Assembly (NCBI GenBank): GCA_963693365.1
Contig: CAVNZM010000003.1
Coordinates: forward strand, 11,088,888 to 11,152,887
DNA length: 64,000 bases
Direction: 5' to 3'
Origin: Amoebidium appalachense
Lineage: Eukaryota > Protista > Ichthyosporea
Made by a program: the position numbers and the translations under genes. A model generated the notes under the pieces. That model did no database searches and was not told the origin of the DNA. It saw nothing but the letters and a program-made list of their open reading frames with translations. Of this stretch, positions 1-26,383 are shown one piece after another. Position 1 is the first letter of the stretch, and every line of letters begins with the position of its first letter.

Positions 1-204
1 AGGGGTCCTCGGAGCCTCCTCCCCCCCCCCCCCCCCCCCCCCCCCGCCCTCCCCTCACCCCCCACCCCCCCAATAAATAAATGAATAAATAACTTGAAAT
101 AAATAAATAAATAAATAAATAAATTGGGCTTTACCAAGGCTCAGTCTGCTCAAGTGCCCTCCTATTGCTTGCACTGATAACCCACCAATCAAATCACCCC
201 ACAG

Positions 205-353
205 ACGGCAGCACTAGTGACTGCCATATTTGGGGTCTTTGCAGCCCAGAGCTGGCACAATGACCATTCTCTCCCCCATCTTTATTCTCTGCACTCTTGG
301 CTGGGTGTGGGCGCCCTTCTGATGTGGGTTGGCCAGGTATGAATCATTCAGTA

Positions 354-389
<36 letters not shown>

Positions 390-753
390 GCAATAATATT
401 AATAATAATAATATAAAAGTTAAAATAATAAATAGATAAATACTATACGGCCACCCCCCCATCCCCCCTCCCTACCAACACACACCTACACACCCTTTTT
501 GTATTTTTGTTGCATGTGTGCGTGTGTGCCTTTGTGCATGTGCACCGTGGGTGTGTGTGTGTGTTCGTGTTTGTGTACACGTGGGTCATAATTTTTGCAC
601 CATCTTGTCATTGATTCCATGCTTTCCCCGTCCCTCTTCCTCCTCTCGTCCCCCGCCCCCCCCCCCCCCCTCCCTCCCTCCACCTAATCCCCCCCCCCCC
701 CCCCCCCCCCCAAAAAAAAGAAAATGCTTCTGCGCAAACTCTTTCGGTAGAAT

Positions 754-793
<40 letters not shown>

Positions 794-2007
794 ACACACA
801 CACACCAAAAAGGAAAAAAAAAAAAGAAAAAGAAAAAGAAAGAAAGAAAAAAAGAAAAAAACCACAAACACACACACACACACATACAGCCGTATCCCTT
901 ACACAGACCAGTTAGATTCCTCATTCTAACCCTTCCGTTACCGACTCATTACCCTTACCCCCCCCCCCCCCCCCCCCCCCCCAACCCGCAACACCAACCA
1001 CCACCACCATCACCACCACCTCCTCCTCCTCCTCCTCCCCACCGTAATCCAAAAAAAAATAGGAAAAAAAAAGGAGGGGGATAGGGAAATAAAAGAAGAA
1101 AGAGAAGCAAAGAAAGAAACAAGCAACCAACCAGGCACGAACACCGGTTTCCTTCCAGGAAAGGTAAAGAATAATAAGAAAAGGAAAACAAAATAAAAAG
1201 ACAAACCTAAAAAGAAAAAAGAAAATGGAAGCTAGTGATAACATTCAACCAACCAACCAACCAACCAACCAACCAACCAACCAATGAACCATTAACATAG
1301 CCACCCTTCCAGGTACCTAACCTTTCGATTTATTTTCCTTTTCCTTTTCATTTCTTTTCTTTTTTTTCTTTCTCTTTCCCAGATGACCTCTGGAACCCTT
1401 GCCTATGTGTTCCCCTACACCCCCATCAAGCTGGTCTCCCTCTACGTTCCATACCACGTCTTCGGCGGTACGTGATTCATTTCCAATCAAATTTCGTTGT
1501 TGAAAGTTCTGGAACTTTTTGGAATATCAAATTAGTCTAGTCACTGTGTCTAGTACGGCGAAGGTTAAGAGGTTTTTGATTGGTTTTGGCTTAACATAGG
1601 GAGGGTTTTTAGGGGGTTGTTATCTCTTATGATTAATGATTAAATATTCTTAGGGATAATCGCAGAAAGGCGATATCTATTTGAATAGGGCGGCAACACT
1701 TGGGGGAGAGGGGCTGGGGGGGGAGGTGATAAAAGTAGTATGCATACAACAAAAACAGCATTGTTGGTTGATCAATAGGGTTGACATTCGGAATGGATCA
1801 ATCTCACGCTTGGGGGGAAACAAATTTACTCATGTAGCATGCATATCTTATGCGCGTCGACTCACGTCCACACAAACACACACACAGACACACACACACA
1901 CGCACAATTGCTCACTCTTACACCCCCCCCCCCCCCCCACACACACACACACACCCCCACACACACACGCCCCCCCCCCCCCCCCCCCCCCACACCCACC
2001 CACCCAC

Positions 2008-2052
<45 letters not shown>

Positions 2053-2177
2053 ACAGGCATATTCCTTCTTGCCTACTGTCTCATCACGATGGCCTTTGGA
2101 GTGCAGCAGCGTTTGAGCCTTCAGCAGGGAGACCAGTCCTATGAAAAGGTATCCCCTCCCCCCTCCCCCCCCCCCCC

Positions 2178-2208
<31 letters not shown>

Positions 2209-2786
2209 TTCTTTTCCCCTCTTCCTTTTCCCCTCTTCCCCCACTCCCCCCCCCTCCCCCCCGTGCTTCTACACGCACACACACAAATGTCTACCCAAAC
2301 AGTCAGACACCCACCTACGCACACACACATTACGACACAAACGGGTACACCACCTACACACATCACAAAAAAACCGGCACCAAATGTATTGGGTAAACAA
2401 GCTTGCCTCCCCCCCCCCCCCCCCCCCCCCCCCCCACCCCCTACTTTGTTAACCCCCTTTCCCCCTTCCCGTACACTTAGGTGCAAACTAGCACTAGAAG
2501 TATTCACGTTGGCACTGTTTTTATCAAACTGTAAGAAACCAGTCGGTTCGGTGTGTCATTCCTGATATAGTAACTGCTCTTTTCGGAGTTTGGCCCTTAA
2601 ACCTCGTCCCATACATATATGTTCAACAAAGAGAGAACTACTCTTTTTGAACATACTCTAGACCACACACACAAACACACAAACACACAAACACGTACTC
2701 ACACACGCACATGCACATACATCCCCCTCCTCCCCACCCATACCCCATCCCCCCCAAACACACACGCAGGCACACCACACACACAC

Positions 2787-2872
<86 letters not shown>

Positions 2873-2923
2873 GCACAAACACACACACACAAACACACAA
2901 ACACGCGCGCGTGTGTGTGTGTG

Positions 2924-2967
<44 letters not shown>

Positions 2968-2969
2968 CA

Positions 2970-3025
<56 letters not shown>

Positions 3026-3303
3026 ACCCACCCACCCACCCACTCACCCACACCCACACACACACACACAGAAACCTCTGACTGTGTACGTTGCCAATTC
3101 TGCTGCTGTCTGTCTGATTATGGCTGCAACCTTCCTCGCCGCCTATGGCACATCCTTCACATGGGTATCCCCCCTCCCCCCCCCCCTCCTTCCTGCTTCC
3201 CCTATGCCCGGCCCATCCAGCCCCCGTACACGTACAACGCGAAATCCTTCACGACTGATTGTATGGCAGGCACATTATATATGCCGCATGTCTCCATATA
3301 TCA

Positions 3304-3335
<32 letters not shown>

Positions 3336-3548
3336 TCCCCCTCCTTCCCTCAGGCCTCCCCCCCCGCCCCCCAATCCCCACCCCCACCCCCCCCCCCCAC
3401 ACACACACCACCACCACCTGGCACCACCCCGAATAAGTCAAAGCACACACACGCAAACAAAAACAGGACAGAGGAGGGGGAAAAACTACTACCATCATTA
3501 CTACTGTCCATTTAACTGACTTGCAGAAGTGCCCGGGTCCTGAAGCCT

Positions 3549-3584
<36 letters not shown>

Positions 3585-3716
3585 ACCCCCCCCCCTGTCC
3601 CGGGCCCCCTCCCCCCACCCACCCAAAAAAAAAAAGAGTGTACCATATTCGACATTTGCACCCTGACTCCCATGGTTTTAGAAAAGAAATGCACAGATTT
3701 GTTACTAAAAGCCTCC

Positions 3717-3787
<71 letters not shown>

Positions 3788-3892
3788 AAAAAAAAACATG
3801 TGCACCCACCCACCTACCCACACACCCACGTGCACACCCACCCACCCACACCCTTCACGCACGCACGCACGCACACACACCCTTCACGCACG

Positions 3893-3941
<49 letters not shown>

Positions 3942-4081
3942 ACATGTACTTGTACGTGCAGCCCAACAGATACACCAAGAGGGAGGCCAGCTGCTACCAA
4001 CTTGCAGACAAGGCCCAGGGGGGGGACAGGTCGGCCGAAGTCCTCCTGAGAGACAGACTGGCGGGGGGTGGGGGGGAGTAA
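205..4081 (+). CDS. Cytochrome b561 family transmembrane reductase, 5'-partial; exons 205-336, 1383-1467, 2057-2148, 3072-3164, 3962-4081
   Basis: GT-AG exons join in phase: [92 protein letters not shown].../[25 protein letters not shown].../PNRY...E*. SLHSWLG and YxPYHVFxG are the heme-ligand motifs of cytochrome b561. Confidence 0.88.
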
Positions 4082-4500
4082 ACAAATTATGTTAATTTGT
4101 GGTTATGTTTGAGTATTGTGTTTTAGAGGATCAACAGCTACCGGTACAGGAATTGGAGATCTAGACGCAGTTGTGCAAGTGGTCGATTCAAGTAGGGGGG
4201 GGTGGTGGGTTTTCGTTGCTGTTGTTTTGTGCTACTGTGGTGGTTTCAGTGTCCTTGGGGTATATTGGGATTTAGGAACAGCTTGTGTTTGAGGATTTTG
4301 ATTATATTCAGGAGTATGTTTTCCCCGACTTGTGTTCAATGTATGTTCGAGCCCTTGCCTTATCTCGCAGGGAGAAGGAGAAAAAAAATGGCTCCAGCTG
4401 TATCACATGACAGCTCAGTTAACCCGTTGCAATGGTATTGAATCTTTAAAATGTTTTGGTGGTATGGTTGTATGTTTCAAATGTTACTCTTGTATGATCA

Positions 4501-4531
<31 letters not shown>

Positions 4532-4692
4532 GATTTCTTTCCCCCCGTCCTCGGGAAACACGATCTGTGAGAGAGCATCGATGATATATACTACAAATAA
4601 ATGGGTATACCGGTGGTTGTCTTCTATATAGTGGCGGAAGGGCTTGTATGTCCCCCGCCCCGCCCCCCCCCCCCCCCCCCCCCCCCCCCACG

Positions 4693-4727
<35 letters not shown>

Positions 4728-5034
4728 CGATACATGTACACTGTCCCCTCACACACATACAGAGGCCCACAGGCCCACATGCACCCACATGCATGTACAC
4801 ACTAAAAAAGGAAGCGCGGGGGGGGGGGGGGGGGGGGGGGGGGGGCTCTGATCAAACACCTCTTGCAGAAATCATTCTTTACGTCTGAATGGTATATCTG
4901 CCAGCACATACTATCATAGATATATTATTCACTACTATGTACATAGTTGATGTCTTTCTCAACTTTGAAAATTGTAAACAAGTATGTTACAAACAGTCTC
5001 ATTACCATATACTCACGCTCGTTTAAAGCCCCCC

Positions 5035-5084
<50 letters not shown>

Positions 5085-5086
<2 letters not shown>

Positions 5087-5143
5087 GAAAACAACTATAA
5101 AAACAAGCCCGTTCCGGTGCATCTAACACTCATAGCACATAAG

Positions 5144-5188
<45 letters not shown>

Positions 5189-5304
5189 AAAAAAAGGAAA
5201 AAAAAAAAGAAAGAAAGAAAGAAAAAGAAAAAAAGAGGAAACAACTATAAAACAAGCCCTTTCCGGTACATCTAACACTCATAGTACATAAGGTTCCCTC
5301 CGGC

Positions 5305-5353
<49 letters not shown>

Positions 5354-5424
5354 AAAAAAAAAAAAAGAAAACAACTACGAAACAAGCCCCTTCCGCCACA
5401 TCTAACACTATCACATAAAAGGTT
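5085..5424. repeat. Three ~60-bp diverged direct repeats separated by poly-C/poly-A, just 3' of the FAH paralog 1 stop
   Basis: AAACAACTA(T/C)(A/G)AAACAAGCCC(G/T)TTCCG...CATCTAACACT...CATAAGGT at ~5085-5144, ~5233-5295 and ~5364-5424. Confidence 0.8.
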
Positions 5425-10936
<5,512 letters not shown>

Positions 10937-11183
10937 CTGAACGGGAAGAAGAAAATTGTTGAGGGAAAGGGGGGAGAGGGGTGGAGTGAAGGGGGGGGGG
11001 GGGGGGGGGAGGAGGGGTTAGGGAGGGGGGGATAGAGGGGCAGGAAAGTGGCGAACGGAGGGAAGGAGGGGCAAAGAATGTCAACACTAGCCTGAAAAGA
11101 GGTGGTGGGTTGGTGTGGGGGGGGGGGGGGGGGAGGGGGGGAGGGGGGAGGGAGGGACGATGGGGGTTTCGGTGGTAGCGTGT

Positions 11184-11234
<51 letters not shown>

Positions 11235-12312
11235 GATGTACGTTTTTTTTTTTTTTTTTTTGGGGGGGGGGGGGGGGGGGAGGGGGGGGGGGGGGGGGGG
11301 GAGGACTCATAACTGTAGCATGCACGCAGCAGGAAGAGAGGGATAGCTAATTCGGTTCGTAATGGTGACGGCCACAAAAAGTCTCCCAACAGGCATGTCA
11401 TAGTGCTGCTTTATGCTCCCCCCTGCTTCTTCTCGCTCTGAATTGTAATCATGTTACCTTCTTGCTCGATTTTAAGTTTGAGGTCTAGAGAGCTACTGTC
11501 GAAAAGCTGCTCACAACCTCATTCGAACTTAAAAGATGGTCGATGGTAGGGAACATCAGTCATGCAGAATGACACTTACATCCATTATTATCACCGCTTG
11601 ATTCCTTCAGACAACACGCACTTGTAGCCCTTCTTCGGTTTGCTAGCAAATGATAGCTGCGCGTAAAAAGGTAATTGAGAAAGCAAGGCCTGTCAACTAT
11701 TGAGAAAACTTTGCAAGGCAAAACTTTGGGGCCGAAAAAAATAACAGAACAAAACGAAAAAGCCTCCTGACTGTCTAACAAAGGAGCAGCCATAATTTTT
11801 GGCGCCACAATGGAAATTACCAAATATGGGCAAAAATGAGCACTGGAACTGTGCGAGGCGCTGTTATGATTGGTTGGAGTCATGTCATTGTTTCGGCCGG
11901 CACCTCGGGCTCACGGTCCCGCGGCTTTTCTTTCTCTTCCTTTTTTTTTAGCTTCTCAGTTTTTTTGTTTCTTTTTCAGTGGTTTTTCCCCTTGGGTGCA
12001 TGTAAGAGAAACACATGGACTGTGATTTAAACCTATAGGATCTTATGTTTGGCCTCTAAGCCTAAATTTTTAGACGAATTACGGGGTTGTTTACGAACCC
12101 CCTTTTTTTTTGAATCTTTGCCCGGCCCCGTCTTCATCCTCTAAAGGAAAAGTAGGTTCCTGACGGTCCATGTTTGGTTACTGTAGGGCAGAAGTGGCGG
12201 GGTTTTCTCCTGGTTTTTGCTCCCAATGAGATGGACAATGGCGCATCAAAACCCGTTTTGGACTGCTTCACACGCATACGCACACATGCACCCACACAAG
12301 CACGCACGTATG

Positions 12313-12348
<36 letters not shown>

Positions 12349-13157
12349 AACGCACACACACACACACGGACACACTCGATCTCTCTCTCCCCCCCCTCCC
12401 CCTCCCCCCCTCTCTATCTCTATCTCTCTTCCTCTCTCTCTCTCTCTCCCCCTCCTTCCCTCCCTCCCTCCCTCCCTCCCCCCCCCTCCCTCCCCCCCCC
12501 CCCCTTCTCTTTCCCCCTCTCCCTCCCCTCCCCCCTCCCCTTTCCTCTCACCCTCCCCCTCCCCCTCCCTCCCTTCCTCCCCCCTCCCCTCCCCCTCCCC
12601 CTCCCCCTCCCCTTCCTTCTCCCACTCCCCCTCCCCCTCCCCCTCCCCCTCCCCACTCCCTCTCCCACTCCCACTCCCTCTCCCTCTCCTCTCCCTCTCC
12701 CTCTCCCCCTCCCCCTCCCCTCCCTCTACCCTCCCTCTCTTTTCCCTCTCCCGTCCCTACTCTCTTTCTCTCCCTCCCCCCCCCCCCCCCCGTCTCTCTT
12801 TCTCTCTTCCCTCCCTCTCTCCGTCCTCCCTCCCTCTCTCCCTCCCTCCCTCCCTCCCTCCCTCCCTCCCTCCCTCCCTCCCCCCCCCCTCCCTCCCTCC
12901 CCCCTTCCCCCTCCCCCTCCCCCTCCCTCTCTCTTCTTCTTCCTCTCTCTCTCTCTCTCTCTCCCTCCCCCTCTCCCCCTCCCCCCCCCCCCCCTCTCTC
13001 TTTCTCTCTTCTCTCTCTCCCTCTCTCCCCCCCCCCTCCCCCCCTTCCTCCTCTCCCTCTCCCCCCCTCCCCCCAGCTATCCCCTCTACATATGTATATA
13101 TGTTACGGTTTATGTCTCCCCCCCCCGCTTTCCTCCCCCACCTCCCCCTCCCCCTCT

Positions 13158-13189
<32 letters not shown>

Positions 13190-13291
13190 CCCTGACCCCA
13201 TCCCATAGACATTCACCTACAGCTTATGGTGTCTCCATTTACCTATGTTCAAATGTTCGTCCCCCCTTATCCCCCTTCCTTCCTTAGTCCC

Positions 13292-13325
<34 letters not shown>

Positions 13326-14027
13326 CCCCCTTCCCCACCTCCCCACCTCCCGCTGCCCCCTTCCCTCGTTTTCCCCCATGCTGGTCCTTCCCTTTCTTTG
13401 TGTAATCGCCACACGAAACCGCACTTTTTTGCGTTGCCCCTTTTGTCGCATTTGCTAAGCCTAGGTTTCTATTATACTTCTCCTTCGATGCCCCTGATGA
13501 CTATCCCATGTGTTTTCTTTTCTAAGTCTGTTTTGCCTTTTCTTCTCACTCCCCCCCCCCCTCCCCCCCCCTCCCCCCCCCCCCCCCCGCGCCCAACACA
13601 CCCACACCCACACAACATTTGAATCTCTCCTCCCGTCTCTCTTTCCCCCCTTCCTGCGCCCCCCTCCCCGCTCCCCCTCACCCTGCTCTTCCCCCCCCCC
13701 CCCAACCCCACTCTCCCCTCTGCTCCCCCCCTCTCCCACTGCCCCATAGTCGGTTGCTTTGTCCTCTTAGTTTTCCCACCTCACCTCCCTTCCTTTTTTT
13801 TCTTCGTCTTTCTTCCGTCTTCGAACCCAAAACTCGATTCCTTACCAGCACTACGTGCACACACACAGATACACGGACATTATATACATATAGACATACA
13901 CACACACTATACACACACAGGCACGCACGGACACACGCACGCACGTGCGTACACACGCACACACACATCACACGAGCACTTTTCATCATGGAATTGCAGC
14001 CTCCCCCCCCCCCCCCCCCCCCCCCCC

Positions 14028-14183
14028 AGGGGAATAGGTCGAAACTCGGGTACTGTGGATGACGTGGGCCCCCCCCTGAGGATGGGCTCTGCTTATTATG
14101 CATACTCTTTATGTATGGCTTGCATTCTGCATCGTGTTATCCGTTTGTTCTTGTGTACTTCGTACTTTTTGACGCATTCAAAA
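14028..14183 (+). mobile_element. Structured-RNA retroposon family, subfamily A, 5'-truncated, poly-C on both sides
   Basis: AGGGGAATAGGTCGAAACTCGGGTACTGTGGATGACGTGGG...GATGGGCTCTGCTTATTATGCA...GTACTTCGTAC...CATTCAAAA; essentially identical to 18204-18358. Confidence 0.85.
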
Positions 14184-14327
14184 CCCCCCCCCCCCTCTCC
14201 CCCCCCCCCCCCCCCCCCCCCCGCCCCGCCCCTCCCCGCCCCGCCTTCTCCCCCTCCCCCCCTTTCCTTCCCTGCCTTTGGAGCCTACGCATATTCCCCT
14301 AACCTTTACCTCCCCCCCCCTTCCCAG

Positions 14328-21105
<6,778 letters not shown>

Positions 21106-21723
21106 AGACTATCCCTTGAGAGGCATTTGACGAGATAATTGTCATGATTTCCTGTATTTACACATGTTTTTTTAATGTGAAGTTATGATGCATTCATAAT
21201 GTTATTATGCATGTTGATATAATGGGTTGTTTGCGATTCAACACCATTAAGTAAGTACATAGAACACCTGGAATTTTGTATGTGGAATTGATGATAATGG
21301 TTACACGGGAATTTCGAATACACGGCAATGGTGTTACATTGTGGGCAAGCATTGTGTGCTCCTGGTCGATACACAAAAGCACAGACACCAGGGTTCGAAG
21401 AGAGAGAAAAGTAACCCTTTTTACACGTAAAGTTGAACCGTCTTGTGCGTTATTAACTGGTTTGGTCAACTCTACGTGTATTTTGTAGTTTCTTTCGCTC
21501 CAGCTTTGCTTTCTGTTTTCACCTACCCCCCCATCCACTTCAACACACACACACACACACGTGCACATGCACACACACACACACACACATACACACACAC
21601 ACTCTCTCTCTTTCTCTCTCCCCCCCCCCCCCCCCCCCCCTCTCTCTCTCTCTCGCTCGCTCTCTCCCTCTCTCCCTCCCTCCAAGGTAGCTCTTATTTT
21701 TCAATTGCAAGGCTGACAAAACT

Positions 21724-21900
21724 TGACGTGGTCCTGCCCTGCGCCGGCAGAGACAAGATGCTCGCAGCTGTACAGCTATCTTGAGGCCCTGGACTTGATC
21801 TTGATGATCTGTGGACCCGGGCCACCACCCCCCCCCCCCCCCCCCCCCGATCTCGATCGTAGACTTAGGCTGATCTGCTGAGACGGATTAGTATATGTCA
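21724..21900 (+). repeat. Left arm of a ~180-bp inverted repeat
   Basis: TGACGTGGTCCTGCCCTGCGCC...GATCTGCTGAGACGGATTAGTATATGTCA is the reverse complement of 25631-25824. Confidence 0.85.
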
Positions 21901-22466
21901 GGGGGGGGGGGGGGGGGGGGGGAAGGGGGGAGGGTCAGAGAAAGAAGGGACGAGACACGAGGGACGAGAGGGAGGGAGGTGGGACCCGTGGGGACAGGGG
22001 GAAGAAGGAAGGAGAAAGTAGGAGAGGATGAAAGGGTGTTCGGATTAGGACGAAGACAGTCCCCCCCGGCGGGGGGGAACGGGGCAGAGGGAGGGATAGA
22101 GGTTTGGTGGGTGTGTGCAGGAGGGGAGGAGATGGGGAATACAGTCGAATTTCAAAGTGTAAAACACCGTACCGAGTTTTTCTAATGATTGAAGTCGAAG
22201 GAAGGAGGTGTAATCATGATCTCTGTATGCTTTACGATGAAACGGAGGAGGTGCAAAAGGGTTCCAAGCAAAAACTGAGGCAGCGAGAGCGGAAAAGGGT
22301 AGGATGGGGGACGGGCAAGAGACTCAAGGGGCGAAAGACAGAGGCAGCATCCGAATGCAATGACCGGACCTTTCAAGCAGCAGCAGTATAGCATTACGAA
22401 AGCAAAACGCACACAAATGAAAGCTTTAAAACACAAAAAGAAAACTGTGGATGTGGGCACTGGCAG

Positions 22467-22546
22467 TTCCCTGCAAGGCAGCAAACACAAAGCAGCTTCC
22501 ACAGCGTTTCCCTGCAAGGCAGCAAACACAAAGCAGCTTCCACAGC
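22467..22546. repeat. 41-bp tandem duplication
   Basis: TTCCCTGCAAGGCAGCAAACACAAAGCAGCTTCCACAGC twice. Confidence 0.85.
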
Positions 22547-23081
22547 TCCGTGGACCAGATAAGCATTTCTTTTGGGTTAGCTCATGGCGCAGTGCAGGAA
22601 AGACTGGGTAAGAAGGGTTTTCGTGACATGGCAAGCACAGCGCCACAGAAAGCAAACTGCTCAGCCCAAAAAAGTGCTGCTTAGAGAAAACTCTGAGAAA
22701 AGGCACAGGCTATCAACCGAAATGACTAGGTATGTACAAGCACTGCCTTACCTGGACGGTCATCGCACTGGTAAAATCAGACAGGTGCCACAAACTGCCG
22801 GAGTCCGTTAGCAGGTGTCGTCGTTCGAACGAAGCGCCACGCAACAGTGAAGCTCCTCCTTCACCATCTTGTCTTCTTTTCTGCTACAAACCACCACGTT
22901 GTAGCCAGGCCGTGCTGTGTACAAAGCTGCAACTGACACTGCCTGACTGACGCGAGCGGGTATATGAAGAAGTTCCTGAGACGTCGACCTTGCTACATGA
23001 TTTTGGACCAATAGGAAACGGAAAATCCATTCCACGATTTTGGAAAAGATACATCGCGTAAGTTGGGAAAAATTAGAATTC

Positions 23082-23082
<1 letters not shown>

Positions 23083-23147
<65 letters not shown>
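23083..23147. repeat. (TA)n microsatellite
   Basis: Pure TA run just upstream of the copia LTR. Confidence 0.95.
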
Positions 23148-23148
<1 letters not shown>

Positions 23149-23258
23149 TATTATAAGGCTTATATATATGTATATATCATAGTATATAAATAGAAAACAA
23201 TATGTTTTGTGAATGGCCGCTCCCCCAATGGTTGAGCAAATAAAAAATGTATAAGGAA

Positions 23259-25065
23259 AGTGTCATCTTCCCATGATTAACGGCAAGACTTAGAAGTTGA
23301 GTTTTTATATATGTTTATTAGTTTGTTGTAGTTTGTTTCCTTTTCCCTTTTTCTTTCTTCCTTTCTTTCTTTCCTTTCTGTTTCCGTGTGCACAAATATC
23401 TTAGATCTGTGTACACATCGAGCTATTTAGCCCGCGCACACGTATTGTTGTTTGTGTCAATGTCTAAATAAGTCATCCAAGCAGATCTCGATATATTTTC
23501 CCAAATATAGTAACCTACCCTACATTCCTCATTAATTCTATTCGATTCCTTTCCCATTCCATTCCTTTCTATCCTCATTCCTTTTCCTTCTTTTCCCACG
23601 ACATAGAATTGCTCTATGTTCCCCAACTATTAGGAATACTTATATTTAGACGTGTTATGTTAAGAACATGTATAAATATATGATGTGAACTCATAGATAC
23701 ATAAGTGGTTTCATTTTGTTAAATGTTTCCGTACTTTTATTAGAAGATTACTTTCATTAGAGGATTGCGTTTTATCTTCTATGTGTCCACAGGCATTTCG
23801 ATCGATTTATTTTACCCTCATAGTTTTCGTCTTTCTGATTGGAAAATAGAGTTTTCGTTCTTTTGATTGGTTTATTCAAGTTGATTTCACATTCCTGAGT
23901 ATAAAAGGAACTTCATCTTGAAATAAATACCAAGCAGTCGAATTCATTTCCTATGGTTCCAGAAATCATTTCTCCGGTTGTGTTTCTCCCGTGTGTCTCT
24001 GTGTTGTGTATAACATAACACCCATCTGTGCTCTCTGCTTCTCCATTTACCCACACAAAATAACAGGTTTACGGCCCCTTTGCACGCTAACACACAATCT
24101 CGTTACAACCGCGAAATTCCTCCGTACATACTGCTTCAACCATGACTGACAAACCGTCGTACATCAACCTTCCACAATGGAATCCGTCACGAGAAGAACG
24201 ATGAGAAGCGTCTCAACTATTTCGAGTGGGAGCCACTCATTCACCGTTTCATAAGAACCACCATAGCCGAGAAATTCGTTGATGCCATCAAGAGACCACA
24301 GTGAATTGACGGCTCTGACGCTAACCAGTGGCTAGGCTACGGCACCAAGGACTCCTACAAGAAAGTTTCCGACGTCCTCGACCAGATCCTCAACCAGTCC
24401 GTTCATCCTACAGAGCTCTACGACTCCGGCCGCATGCAAGACGGTGTTCACGGTGGAGAAGTCTTCCACAACCTGCGTATGGCTTATGTGGCAGAGAAGG
24501 AGGCCCGCGTCACTCAGATTCAAGTCACCTACGAGGAGCTTGAACTACGAGACTTCCCCAACGTCACAGCGTACCTCACCCGCCTCCAACGTCTGGCTAC
24601 GACACTTGCCTGCCTCGACGAGCCCGTCCAACACAAGGATGTCGTGCGCAAGTTCTTCCTTCACCTACGCAAGAACACCGCCCTGGTCTGACCGACCCCA
24701 CCCCCGTTAGTACTGTGATAACCAGTCCACCATTTGCCCTCCTGCACACCAACAGCATCAAGCACCGGACCAAACACATTGCCGTCCGGTACCACAACAC
24801 GAAGGACTACATCAAGAGTGGGGATGTGGTCGTCACCTACGTGTCCACCAAGGACAACGTGGCCGACATCTTCACCAAGGCCCTGCCCGGGCCCTCCCAC
24901 GAGCAGCACCGTGCTTCCCTCAGTCTTCGTGACTGAGTGTGCCCCCCCCCTCCCATGATTAACGGCAAGACTTAGAAGTTGAGTTTTTATATATGTTTAT
25001 TAGTTTGTTGTAGTTTGTTTCCTTTTCCCTTTTCCTTTCTTCCTTTCTTTCTTTCCTTTCTGTTT
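23259..25065 (+). mobile_element. Internally deleted Ty1/copia LTR retrotransposon: 5' LTR ~23259-24065 (start uncertain), PBS ~24066-24078, gag remnant ~24142-24680, RNase H C-terminus ~24710-24936, truncated 3' LTR ~24951-25065
   Basis: ~115-bp near-identical direct repeat (23269-23383 and 24951-25065); TATAAAAG at ~23900; LTR ends TAACA then GGTTTACGGCCC, resembling the copia half-tRNAiMet PBS; gag-like VTAYLTRLQRLATTL; copia RNase H motif RTKHIAVRYH...TKDNVADIFTKAL. Confidence 0.85.
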
Positions 25066-25630
25066 GGGGGGGTATACTGAGGCTGCAGTAGATAAAATTA
25101 TCGACAAAAAGGTTATCGAAGGTAAGGAACGTAAGGCAAATTATTATTTTATTCGTTTTTGAGGGAGGTTATCAGGAGGATCAGTGGTTGCCTGAGTTTC
25201 ATTTGGATTGCCCGTTTTCTATTCGTGCTTATGAGGCTAGGTTAGTGCAGAGGGAGTTGCCTCGTGCTCCCTCTTAGAGCCGAAGAGAGTTATTCCTCAA
25301 TTTAATCGTGGTGTGAAATAGTCGGTGAGGGAGGGGGCCGGGGGGGGGAGTGCAGATGCAAATACACGTAGACACACGGGGGGAGGGGGAGGGGGGGGGG
25401 GGGGGGGGGGACCGAGGAGGAGTGTGAACGTAGTCGTAGGAATTTAATTTATTATCATAGGTGTTTCCGTAGGTATCAAGCTTAATAATATGGTGTAGAT
25501 TAATATAATATTATTTTCTTCGTAATTTATTTAATTTTTTGGAGACAGATTAGTCTATGTCTTTTTCGGGGGTGTTAATTGTAATGTGACTGAGGTGGGA
25601 CTCAGCTTTTCCGGGGGCCGGGGGGGGAGT

Positions 25631-25681
25631 TGACATATACTAATCCGTCTCAGCAGATCATCCTAAGTCTACGATCAAGAT

Positions 25682-25725
<44 letters not shown>

Positions 25726-25824
25726 GGGGTGGCCCGGGTCCACAGATCGTCCAGGGCCTCAAGTCAAGATCAGCTGCACAGCTGCCGGCATCGTGTCTCT
25801 GCAGGCGCAGGGCAGGACCCCGTC
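25631..25824 (-). repeat. Right arm of the ~180-bp inverted repeat
   Basis: TGACATATACTAATCCGTCTCAGCAGATC...GGCGCAGGGCAGGACCCCGTCA. Confidence 0.85.
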
Positions 25825-26346
25825 AGCTGGAGCAGCCGGCCAATAGAATTAGTGATAGTGTATAGGATAGATTTTAGGAGGACTTTGGAATGTGATAAGT
25901 TCGGGCAGAAGCCCTTGTAAATTTTGGCAAGTTCTGATAGTGCTGTCTGCCAAATGTATGTATATATTGTGGTACAGGAAAGAGTAGAGGGGGGGGAGGG
26001 GGGGGAGATAGTATGAAATGTAGATTTAGACTCTGCGGTGCCACTAGGGGAAGGGAGAGGGGCGAGACAAGGGTATTTATAGTGGTGTGAGCCGATAGAC
26101 TTGGCGCACGATAGAGTTCCCTAGATCGGAATGTATGGAATGTGGCATCGTGGGGGGGCCAGGTGATGATGATCTTTGAGGGCACGGCCTTGATGGCCGC
26201 AGTTGTGACTTAGCTTGATCCCAGTTGCCCGTCCGATGGAGCCCGGCCTATAGATAAACTTTACTGTTTTTTGTACACGTTCGTTCCTTTCCGTGTGTGT
26301 ACACTTAGAAGAGTGCCGCGTCTCTATACACGTTAGGATACGACAG

Positions 26347-26383
<37 letters not shown>

